From positions 3,720,001 to 3,784,000 of the forward strand of contig NC_043008.1 of NCBI RefSeq assembly GCF_006345805.1: a DNA stretch of 64,000 bases, given 5' to 3'. Below are positions 53,430 through 64,000 of the stretch, in pieces (the first letter of the stretch is position 1; the number at the start of each line of letters is the position of its first letter). This DNA is from Octopus sinensis. Taxonomy: Eukaryota. The translations under genes were made by a program, and so were the position numbers. The notes beneath the pieces are model-generated. The model saw only the letters and a list, made by a program, of their open reading frames with translations, was not told where the DNA came from and made no database searches.

Positions 53430-53990
53430 CATCTTTTAGCCATCAATTGTCGAAGTGCATCCCTTGACCAAGTTTGCATACAGGAGGCTGATAACATCAT
53501 AAGACTTGGAAGGCAGCTTCTTGAGCAGCATTCCTTGTCTAATAGCCTTAAACACATGCCGAAAGAAGTAACACGAGTCTACCACAACATATCATCAGAT
53601 GAAAGGATGAGCGTATATTAGCAGAAGACCATGCATGGATATGTTAGTAGAAAGCTCAGAGATGATTTGTAACATTGATCATCAAAGCAGTTTATTATGG
53701 CCCAACAGCCGGATTACTACCTCTCACTTTGATGGGTATTCGTTTGTAATCCAGGAACAGGAAATATCCGCCAAATACCTGATGCACAAAAGGGACAGAG
53801 ATGCAGGAAAAGCAGTAAAATGTGACGACCGATGCAGACTTTGAGGAGTTAACATCGAAGATATCACCCACATCATAAGCAGTTGTCTGGAATATGTCAT
53901 CGTGGTATCATTTACTTATGAGACATGATTATGTAGCTAGGATGCTGTATAATGTGATCCGTCGAACGGATAACACCAAGGACAAAGGTG
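53430..53990 (+). mobile_element. Decayed non-LTR retrotransposon of RLE type (R4/Dong-like), post-RT region
   Basis: With stops/frameshifts: QKTMHGYV..., FVIQEQEISAKYL..., DRCRL*GVNIEDITHIISSC (CCHC knuckle with C->stop), then RHDYVARMLY (RHD motif). Confidence 0.8.
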
Positions 53991-54779
53991 GTCTGACGTG
54001 GGTCCAAACAACGACGACAACTAATTGAAACCCATGAAATCTCTGTCTTTTATTGCGACATTTATTTGTTATACATTTTACACAAATAACGTGTTTAGAC
54101 TTTAAACTAGAAAAGAGAATTTCATATGGCATCAGAAAAATGGTTCTATACAGAAATATATTTAATAGATTCTAGTTTGTTTATTTGTTGACCTACCAAC
54201 ACAAATTATAAAACTAAAATCAAAAACAAACAAGAGAATAAAGCGTTGTCATTCAACTTCGCAATTAACGAAAAGAAAAGTTCACTTTTTACTGCTAATA
54301 AAAAAAATCAAATGTTTCAGCAAAGTGTAATTTGAGTATGGTTTAATTTATTTCTGGTGGAAGATAATTGGAAGGAGAGAGAAAGGACAGAAATTTGTTT
54401 ATTAATATTCACAAGAGTCCATATATACAAGGCGAAACTGGTTTTTGGAGTTTACATAAATGTCATAAACTGACAGAAGAGCAAAGAACATAATACAAAA
54501 TGTAAAGCAAAATAAATACAAATAAAGGAAATATTTCATGTATGGTAGAGAACTCGTAATTTAGATGGAAACAATATATCGCAACAATTCGAACATCTTT
54601 ACACTCCGACTAATTTCTGTGAACTGGTTTCTTCATAATTGCCCGTTAGGATTTTCTTATTAGGAAACACTTGAAGAACTTAACAATCTCAGGAAGTTGA
54701 TATGTAATCTAGGGTTGGCTGGTATTCGCCTCCCATCTCCGCCTCCTCGTTTTGACCTTTCTCCTCTCAGAATCAGTTT

Positions 54780-55490
54780 AAACCTATTTTGACTGTAGTA
54801 CTCTCTTCGGGGTCCCTCCAGGAGTGTGGGAGTCTTTTTGTGAAGAACTTCCAGCTTGTTTGCTTTTAACTTGGCTCATTTATTCCCTCCATTTTCCTTA
54901 CTGTCTTCGACAGATTTCCCCCTTTTCCGGCTTCTATGTTCTCATCATCCTGCAAAAACTTTTATCTTGTGCAGCTGGTCGTAGCCTGTGGTTATTCATG
55001 TGCTGGAGGAGGAGGAAGCCTTTCCGATCATCATCGGTTGTAGGAAAGTGTGGATCAAGTGACTTCCTTTACGCCTTCACAGAACATCCGATAGAAATCA
55101 GAGACAAATGTAATCATGGCCTTTACCTCTTGAGCCTGATATTCTTAGTACTTTCACAGCTTCTGCTGCTGTCTGTCACCTTCTTATATATGCTTGTCTC
55201 TCTTCTGAGAACAAGGCCTTCAAGTAGTTTTAACTTCCACACATGTCGAAACTGAACCTTCTACACAGCACCACCAATGAAGTGGACTTCTCCGTTCAGC
55301 GAAATACATCTCTGGAGTAGCATTATAGACTTAGTGCTCACCAAACCTGAAGACCCAAGTATACACACTCCATCACATGTTGTTGGGTGTACCTCTGTGT
55401 CTGTCACATACTTAACCGTTGCGCAAAGGTGATGACAAGCCAAATTCCGAAGTCCTTCATACTTCTGACTATGTTTCTTATATTCCCGAA
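54780..55490 (-). mobile_element. Possible heavily decayed LINE fragment
   Basis: High-complexity island; weak resemblance FRHVWKL-KLLEGLV to RTE FGHV...LEG.V; multiple stops. Confidence 0.25.
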
Positions 55491-55504
55491 GTGCTTTATT
55501 TTAT

Positions 55505-55841
55505 CAACTCTGCCAAGAGGAATGTCAATGTTGACCACGCTGAGATTTGAACTCAGAACATAAAAGGCCAGAAGAAATGCTCTTAATCGCTTTTTTTATG
55601 TGCTTACGATTTTGCCAACTTAATGACAATAATAATGGTTTCATTTCTTTTTCCACAAAGGCAGCAATTTGGGAGGAAGGGATGAGTCGATTACATTGAC
55701 CTCTGTGTTCATCTGGTACTTATTTTATCGACCCCAAAAGGATGAAAAGCAGGCGGAATTTGAGCTCAGAAGGTGAAGTCGGACGAAATGCCGCTAAGCA
55801 TTTTGTCCGGTGTGCTAACGATTTTCCAACTCACCGCCTTA
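55505..55841 (-). mobile_element. Two adjacent SINE family A copies (55505-55625 partial, 55640-55841 near full-length)
   Basis: Reverse complements show TAAGGCGGTGAGTTGG head, GAGCTCAAATTCC/GAGTTCAAATC B boxes and TTTCATCCTTTTGGGGTCGATAAAATAAGTACC core. Confidence 0.8.
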
Positions 55842-55851
55842 ATATTATTAT

Positions 55852-55855
<4 letters not shown>

Positions 55856-55895
<40 letters not shown>

Positions 55896-55930
55896 TAATA
55901 ATAATAATAATAATATTAATAATAATAATG

Positions 55931-55984
<54 letters not shown>

Positions 55985-56000
55985 TAATGATAATAATAAT
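55856..56000. repeat. (AAT)n microsatellite
   Basis: Seen directly. Confidence 0.95.
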
Positions 56001-56427
56001 GAAAAAAGGGAAGAGGTAGAAAAAGATGGTAAAGAAATCAGTCTTCATAGAATGAAATTTCAATAGTTACTGTGTTGCAATAAACGATGAGACAATAAAA
56101 TGCAATTAATAGAATAAGCTGTTAACATTGCATTCTTGAATTTCATTTACACGTCTACATTCTATACATTTCAGTAAAGCCTATTGTATGTCGAAAACAA
56201 TCACTTTTAATACTATTATATTACTATTATATGAAATAGGTTGTTCATATCCGTTTCTATATTCCGGCTTCGGTTAAGTTTTAGATATACTACAGCAGAC
56301 TTACATTTCGTTTTTGTTTTTTTACCTTCTTAATATTATAAATGTTAGGAGTGTATTTAGTCGAGTATAAGCAGAAAGAAAACAAAACAAAACAAAAAGA
56401 GAATGCAATGTTATTCTTTCTCATAAC

Positions 56428-56630
56428 CCAAACATGATTGGAAAAAAAAGACTGCAAAGAAATGCAATGAAGCCAAAATAGTCGTAAAAGTGAAGTCCAT
56501 TGTTTCAGGTAACTCGTGATGGTCGGTGCTGGCAACAATAAATCAGTGAGAAACATTCCTGGAAGTGTTCGATGAGTTAACTTGCCGTGGGAATTGAAGA
56601 AAATAACGCAAAGAGCTCTTCCTTTCGTCT
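56428..56630 (-). other. Candidate exon with 5' UTR and signal-peptide-like start (ATG 56500: MDFTFTTILASLHFFAVFFFQSCLG)
   Basis: Strong acceptor TCTTGCTTTCTCTCTCTTTCAG|AG at 56630; ACAATGG Kozak context; donor G|GTTATG at 56428 is weak, unspliced frame stops after YEKE. Confidence 0.3.
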
Positions 56631-56896
56631 CTGAAAGAGAGAGAAAGCAAGATAAATTTGAGTCGCTTCCGAACAACAAATAAAACCAATTCAAAATTTA
56701 CTGTAAAGTGGATAGAACCACGTTTAAAGCTTAATTTATATAAAACCACGTTTCATGGTGGAGTGTGGGGAAGTTAAGTGGATATCGCATTAAATATATC
56801 AAATGTTGATTCATCTGTATCATAGTGCTGCAATTTTCGTAGTTCTATGGATATAATTTTGTTGAAATAAGCAAAATTCCTGCAACAACGTTATAT

Positions 56897-56937
<41 letters not shown>

Positions 56938-57907
56938 CACACACATGCACAGACATATGCCTACAAACACGCACACACTCACATACATAAGCACACGCAC
57001 TCTCACACATATATCATTAACATATTACACAAGAATTTTGTCGCATAAACATATATGAACCATTTGAATAGTAATGGATACTTTGACATTATATTTTGTA
57101 TTTAAAATTTCATTCTTCGTTTAATTTAGGGTGTTGACATCTTCAAGCACTTTGCTAAATAATTTTACTATCGAAGCCATAAATAGTACACATTATCAGA
57201 AGCAGTTCCATGACTATTTCCGGGGCCTCCTTGACTGTTGTGGGGGAAGGAGTCATGATCTGAAATTTTGCCATAGAGTGAATTCCGCTAGAGACTTCCA
57301 AAGGTCAGGCGGTCGAACTAAACTGGGCGACGGATTAAATTGTACTTAAGATTTGCTTTTAAATTGCAAGGGATATAGCAATAAACTCTGTCCGTTTGTT
57401 TTTATCGTCTGTGGTTTATCTCGATACTTCTCATGTAATTATGAACTTCTTGCTGGTAGTAAACTATTTTTCTAGTAATTGTTTCTTCAATATCTTTAAC
57501 TTTAACATTAATTGGATTACGAAAACAACCGGCAATATAGATTTAAGAAAAGTGTTCGTAACCAAGAAAATAATCTAGAAGTATTAGTATAAGTCTACGA
57601 CCCTGCACGTTGAGTTTGAAAATGATTACTGGGACCTTCGTTATTGTTGTAGCTTTTAACCCTTACACAGTCAATAACATAAAATGTCTAAATGTTTTAA
57701 ATACGTACAGCCAAAATGAATCTATGTTTTAAAATAAAAATAAGTAAAATCAAGATTTAAAAACGTGCTTTTAAAATAATATCTATGCGAGGTGTTTTAA
57801 GCAATATCGTATCGTTCTTTTTTTTATCCAGCGTGTTATCTTTTTAAGGTGGTAGGATAAAGTTTGAGGGGTATTTGATTTCATTTCTATTAGTTCAGGT
57901 TACTCAC

Positions 57908-58087
57908 TCATTTGCGTTTAGACTCCAAAGTTTCCCTCGGCGTCCAGATCTGTGACAAGTCACTCCATCCGTGATCATCCCGTCTTTGCCTCCAGGATAA
58001 CATACACCGACTGTTTTATATAATGTATTCTTTATTTCTGGCGGGAAGGTATGGTTTGAAGGAAATTCGTTTTCTGTTTCTATCAAT
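57908..58087 (-). other. Candidate 180-bp exon (5' UTR or coding, phase 2-2)
   Basis: Acceptor TGTGTTTGTTCAG|AT, donor TGA|GTGAGTAA, length divisible by 3 and open in one frame (LIETENEF...LWSLNAN); no homology recognised. Confidence 0.35.
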
Positions 58088-58404
58088 CTGAACAAACACA
58101 TGGAATTTTCTTCGTTGGATCGTGTTTGGTAGCGTTGATCTTTTATGAATTTCAAACTTTGTATCTTAAAACATTCAAGAGATTTTATAAATATTGATTT
58201 GCAAGTAATTATTGCAGATGAAAATTTCCAGTTCTCACTCTACCAAATGTGTATTGCAAGGAAATAATATCTCACCATCATTATTCCACCTGATACGAAC
58301 TGCTCGCTTTCAACAATGAAAGCGAGCAGTTCGACTTAGAATATTCCAAGACGTTGTTGTTCCCACGCACAATATTCGAGGGGATTAGAGTTAAGATGTA
58401 TACA

Positions 58405-58590
58405 ATTGCTAGCCGTGCTAAAAACTGCTACAGAATCTCTTCTCGAATTACACCTTAACTTAAAAAAAAGAAAAAGAGATCTTCCACAAGGTAGTTATAT
58501 ATACCTTTAAAAAGACGAGACCATCAGAATGGGAATGTTTGTAATACTCTTCTCCCATTAAGAGTTGACCTTCCAGTGAACAACAACACA
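58405..58590 (+). mobile_element. Interspersed repeat family D copy
   Basis: GCTACAGAATCTCTTCTCGAATTACACCTT...GAGTTGACCTTCCAGTGAACAACAACAC. Confidence 0.45.
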
Positions 58591-59919
58591 TTCAGCTGAA
58601 GGAAAACAACACCGTGGACAGATAACAAGTTCCAAAGGATTGCAATACTGAATAGTGAAGACTTTGCAGATGTTTTATACAGAGGTGAGCGTGTACGACG
58701 CAATTAAGACTACTGCATCTTACACGCCAACCTTTTTATCTAGAAAAAAATGCTTAAAATTATGAGGAAAAATATACGATATTAAAGCTATAAAACGTCT
58801 TAAACTGTTATATATAATACAATATAAAATAATGTAATATAAAATAATATCATACATTATAGAAAATAATATAATATTGTATAGTATGTAATCAAATATA
58901 ATCCATTACGGTAACGACTATTTTTCAATGAGAAATTTGTTGCTGTAACTTTGTAAAAAATAAAGGTATATAAAAATACAATGAGAAAAAGAATTTTGTT
59001 TTAGTGCAGTTTTCTATATAATAGCACTACTCCTCATTCAGTTATTTAGACCAGAAGTCGGTAAACATTTTTGAAGGTAGCTTACATGTCGGAATTGTTT
59101 TTCTATTTTGCGAACCAAGGCGAATAAAAATTGAAATTATAGTCCATGATTTATAAAAATATGTTGTGGGGAATGCTTTATACATATCGTCGTGTACTGA
59201 AGTCAAATGTTGTGATCATGTATTGTAGAAAACGGTGTTATTTACATACGTGACTTTACGGAATACCATTCGACAATTTTGTTTATCAATTTAGCTTAAA
59301 CGTGTTTTGCAATTTAAGACAAGTGAAAATGTGAGTAAAAAAAAGAACAAAAACAACCTTCAACTCAATTACGTGCTGCTTCCGACAAAATTATGATAGA
59401 AATAATAAGAATGAAGAGCCGTTGAAAGTGGCGAGTACCGAGTGAAGTTAGAGAACGTATTTACTTAACTTTTACATTTATGGTTAAAATGGTTGCCAGA
59501 ATACAAGTCTGTTAGTGGAAGTTATGAAATCGATGAAAAAATAACACAACACCTACTGAAATGAAGAAATCACAGCACTTTTAATGATGTGAAAATTGTT
59601 ATGTAACATGTATGAGACGGCATGCAGTAAAGGGTTTGAAGCATTTTAGCTTGGGTGAACGGGAGCAAAGACGGCTTTCGGATAACTTTGCTACAAACTA
59701 ATTTACCTACTTTCCTCAATGGACAAGTAAACAGTTTTTTGCATTCTCTCGTTTTAAGAATTGATGATTCATGTAAACTACATTGCAGCAGCATATTGTT
59801 CGCTGCTAGTAGCTCCATTTTCTTAAAGAATGTGGAAACATTTACTATTCAAAAGTTAGCCTAAGGAGAAACTGTAATGTTTCATCAAAGGCAGACTGGC
59901 AGACAGGCAGGAAGACAGA

Positions 59920-60045
59920 CAGACGGGTCTCTTTCAGATTCCGTCTACCAAAACCACTCACAAGGCTTTGGTCGGCTCGAGTTGCCGCGCAGTGGGACTG
60001 AACCCGGAAGCATATGGTTGGCAATGAAGCTTGTTACCACGCATC
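59920..60045 (-). mobile_element. SINE family B head with internal deletion
   Basis: CCGTCTACCAAAACCACTCACAAGGCTTTGGTCGGCTCGAG / GCCGCGCAGTGGGACTGAACCCGGAAGCATATGGTTGG match the reverse complement of the 35198 head with the middle missing. Confidence 0.8.
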
Positions 60046-60615
60046 ACAAACCGTGAACAACATGAAATACGAAAACAAAGGAGTTGAATATATAAATAAC
60101 GAGAGAAACAAATGGGAAACAGGACAAGTAACATAAAGATCGACCCTTCATTATTTGTCGCCTGTCCATCTACTCCTCATTTGGAGCACTGAATATCAAT
60201 ATGAGTCTTCGAAGGACAGTTGCTCTCGTAGGGTCAAAGTTGGTAACGAAACAGGACAGTGGCGACATACAAATAAACCGAACGAAAACAAACATGGAGG
60301 CTAGTTAGACCAGACGAAAGTAAAATAGCGAACAATGGAGAAATATTCTTTTTGACAAGAGGAAGGATAGATTAGAGAGACAGATGGGATACGTGCAGTC
60401 TCTACGGCAGCCGTGAAATATATATATATATATATAAATAATAAATATTAGGGAATAAATCCAAATTTACAGGGAAAAAATCAGATTTAGGATTAAATCC
60501 AATTTAATAGTAAAATATTATAAAATATTATTAGAGACAAAACCACTATTTTGCAAAACAAACAAGGAAAGACTTAATCAATACATAAAATTTTAATAAA
60601 TAGTCAAAAAAACCG

Positions 60616-60658
60616 CCACTACAATCGTTTCTTGTCTTGATCGACAATCTTCAGGTGG
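60616..60658 (-). ncRNA. Minimal type-I hammerhead ribozyme (mirror copy)
   Basis: Exact reverse complement of 60719-60761. Confidence 0.7.
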
Positions 60659-60718
60659 ACTTCCAATAAGTCAATTTCAAATTATGAAGTCATAATTTGA
60701 AATTGACTTATTGGAAGT

Positions 60719-60761
60719 CCACCTGAAGATTGTCGATCAAGACAAGAAACGATTGTAGTGG
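60719..60761 (+). ncRNA. Minimal type-I hammerhead ribozyme
   Basis: CCAC-CTGAAGA-TTGTC-gatcaa-GACAA-GAAA-C-gatt-GT-A-GTGG: stem I 4 bp, CUGANGA, 5-bp stem II, GAAA, short stem III, GUA cleavage triplet. Confidence 0.72.
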
Positions 60762-60848
60762 CGGTTTTTTTGACTATTTATTAAAATTTTATGTATTGAT
60801 TAAGTCTTTCCTTGTTTGTTTTGCAAAATAGTGGTTTTGTCTCTAATA

Positions 60849-60855
<7 letters not shown>

Positions 60856-60944
<89 letters not shown>

Positions 60945-60968
60945 TATATATAAATATATATATATATA
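60856..60968. repeat. (TA)n microsatellite
   Basis: Seen directly. Confidence 0.95.
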
Positions 60969-62599
60969 GATTCAGATGAATATGGTACTTAAGTTGAGGC
61001 ACCAAAATCCATACAATTTCGAAATAAGGTGATTAGAATCAAAATAAGCAACAAGGATAATGGGTTTGAGGGTATTATCTGCAATCAGAAAAGAACTTCT
61101 TGAGCGGATCTAAACAAGCATAACGCTTCATTGAGGAAAAAAATAAATAAAAAGAAAAGGCTCATTGTACGGATCAAAAGAAACATCAGTTAACATCGAT
61201 TTTATACTTAAACCTAAACAGAAACTCGTAAAAACAAGTGGTCCACATCCGAAGCGTCAATATGAGAATATCGTAAGAGGTTCTGTACATATTTTCTGCG
61301 ACTTAGTATTGAATAAAGTACAAATGTTCATGTTCACTATCTCTCCGTCCATTGAATACATATGAGGTGCACACAGTAGCCAGTCTGTGTGCACGTATAA
61401 GTAAAAAAGAAAAAGGGCCAGGCGGGCCAGGGGTTCCCTTTACTAATTACGATTCGTGTTTCACAACTTATTACATAGCGTGTATTTAAACGTGATCTCT
61501 ATGTGTGCTCCTATGTAACGTGAGTGTGCATATAATCATACATAGATATTAGCATGCATGTATATGCTAGTATAATTATGTGTGTGTGTATATGTGTGTG
61601 TTTGTGTGTGTATATATGTATATAGATACATATATATATGTATGTATATATACGCACATGTAGATAGATAAATAGAGACAGACGCAGATTTGAATGAGTT
61701 TTTGTATGTTGTACACCTACACACATACACCAATGACTCACATACGTTCATACACACGCATATATGTATATACATGTATATATGTATAAACACACATATA
61801 TACATATATGTATATATATATATATATATATATACATATATGTATATATACATGTGTATATATACATGCGTAAACGCCATAGATGCATGTCTATTGATCG
61901 AGTTTACATTTTTTTACATTTGTTTATTTTCGTGTGTGTATGTGTGTGTGCGTGCGAGCGCGTGTGCGTATGTGTGCGTATAGGTTTGTGACTGATATTT
62001 TCCTTTCATTACCTTGCGACGTATTCTGTCATTTATTCGATAAACATTCTTTATTTGGCAATAAAAATAAAAGGCAAGTGCACGGCTTTCGATTTCTGTT
62101 TTACTGTTTCAACTAATTGTACAGAATACACTTTTGTATATATTTATTTATGTATATAAGTCGATTAGCGAGTATATTAGATTATTTAATTATCGGTGCC
62201 TGTTTACTTGTTCTTTTATTCAATTAAGAGCCTAATTAAACAATGTGGTCTCCTTACAAACATTTGGGAAAAGTTGATGTTTAGAAGGAATGAAATCTAG
62301 TAACCAGTTTGAGGTTGTATTTGCATAAAATAATCGAATGTTTCCATTAAAACCATCATCACCACCATCACCACTAACGCAACCGCGTAAAAAAGAGAGA
62401 ACCTCGACACATTTGCTCTACATGTTGAAATAGCAGCCAATCAACACTCAAATCACGCACTATTTTCATGAATATAAGTGTGCATTAGATATACGTTTCC
62501 GAGATAAAGATTCACATAACATTAAAAAGAACCAGAAGGACTAGATGATCACGAATGGAAAGCGTTTGTTGATAGGCCTGCTAGTTCATTGCCAATTCG

Positions 62600-62833
62600 T
62601 AAGGCGGCGAGCGAGCAGAAACGTTAGCACACCGGGCGAAATGCGTAGCGGTATTTCGTCTGCTGTTATGTTCTGAGTTCAAACTCCGCCGAGGTCGACT
62701 TTGCCTTTCATCCTTTCGGGGTCGATAAATTAAGTACCAGTTACGCACTGGGGTCGATGTAATCGACTTAATCCGTTTGTCTGTCCTTGCTTGTCCCCTC
62801 TGTGTTTAGCTCCTTGTGGGTAGTAAAGAAATA
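62600..62833 (+). mobile_element. Young full-length tRNA-derived SINE (family A) with perfect 17-bp TSD
   Basis: AGTTCATTGCCAATTCG at 62583-62599 and 62834-62850; B box GAGTTCAAACTCC; many homologous copies in the window. Confidence 0.93.
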
Positions 62834-62994
62834 AGTTCATTGCCAATTCGGGTATAAACTGCATACAACAGACCAAGCGGGTCTTAATGAGAGCAATGAA
62901 ATGGCTAGAAATAGAAGCCAATGCACTCTGAAATCCTGCTCTAGTTCCATGAAGACGAAAGACAAAACCTTGATGTTTTTCAAATGGGCAAAGG

Positions 62995-63145
62995 ACTGGC
63001 TAGAAATATCAGCCAATTTACCCTCACCATATACAGCAGTCCCATGATAATAGAAAAAAATTAGTCTTGGAAACAGGATGATCATGGCTGAAAGGCCTAC
63101 GTTCGATTAGGTCCAATAGATCAGGTTTGACCTAGATTTAAACTG
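62995..63145 (+). mobile_element. Interspersed repeat family D copy
   Basis: GGCTAGAAATATCAGCCAAT...GATCATGGCTGAAAGGCC...GATCAGGTTTGACCTAG. Confidence 0.5.
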
Positions 63146-64000
63146 CATGCAATAACAGTTTAATGAGATTGCTATAACATGTTTACTTGATCTGATAGAA
63201 ATACAAGCCTAATTTCCTTGAAATGAAATGTTAGATTTTTCTAAAACGTGAAGGTGCCATATGTATACAAGATAATATAAATAACGATACATTATACTGT
63301 AAACACACACGTAACGATTACAGTATGAGTTCATGGCAGCACAGGTAGGATGAATGAGAGGAGACTAGGGTCTATACAACAATAACAACAACTAATATGT
63401 TTAAAGCTATCTTTTAATAATCATTTGTATTTTGTATTTTGGAAACATTGCCAACCTATTTCGAGAAGTGGACCACATGAGGCTACGCTCCTCATCAAGT
63501 ACTCCGCACGACTAATAATATTCCGAGGTAATGTTTCGCTAAGTATGTCATTCAGGAAGTCAAGCGCGCTGCCATTTGCCCATGAGTGCCACACACGTTT
63601 GTAAAGTAGTTTATTTATCATGGATTAATCAAAGGCTGTTGTTGAAATCTGTTGAATTCATGATCAAGAATATCTACTTCGAAATTCATTCCAGCAGTGT
63701 TGGTACCTTTAAAGAATAGTGCATTTGGAAATATATTACCAGATGTGTCCTTCTCTTTAAGACCCCACAGCACGGTTTTGAATGAATTTTGGTTTATTGA
63801 GGTTGTCTTTGGTTGGCGATTCAATGATGGATTGTAGTACCATGAAGCACGTTCCTCCTTAGCTTATAACTGTAACAATAAGAGTTATTGTTTAGTAACA
63901 GCGAGTTATTGTTTCGTTCTAAGTCAGCCTTCATTGAACAGCTCTGTAATCAAAGTAATTCCAGCCGGAACCCTCTTGCTTTAATGTTCTAATCATACTG

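Larger units (their letters stand above)
60432..60858. mobile_element. Penelope-like element pseudo-LTR remnant with inverted duplication, inserted in (TA)n
   Basis: (TA)n on both sides; 169-bp perfect inverted arms (60519-60687, 60690-60858) each holding a minimal hammerhead motif; no RT/GIY-YIG coding sequence present, so assignment is inferred. Confidence 0.6.

Overview
AT-rich, microsatellite-saturated, gene-poor animal DNA, most likely octopus (inferred from the repeat families, which I recall as octopus tRNA-derived SINEs; not database-verified). No complete protein-coding gene could be identified. Nearly all long ORFs in the track are translations of (TA)n/(CA)n/(GATA)n/(AAT)n tracts. 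The recognisable content is mobile DNA: at least four SINE-like families (one young copy with a perfect 17-bp TSD), a Tc1 transposase end with its TIR, a Tigger-type MITE, a ~1.9-kb Chapaev3-like (CMC) DNA transposon relic, a Helitron-type non-autonomous element, and decayed 3' parts of RTE, R4/Dong-like and Ingi/Vingi-like LINEs. The most notable structure is a perfect 340-bp palindrome (60519-60858) between (TA)n tracts. Each arm carries a complete minimal type-I hammerhead ribozyme motif, the hallmark of Penelope-like element pseudo-LTRs. Three further fold-back palindromes sit on or beside (TA)n tracts and may be biological or assembly artefacts. Several low-confidence minus-strand exon candidates occur, two with signal-peptide-like starts (56500, 39490). 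There is also an unexplained duplicated GC/CpG-rich module at 9048-9478.
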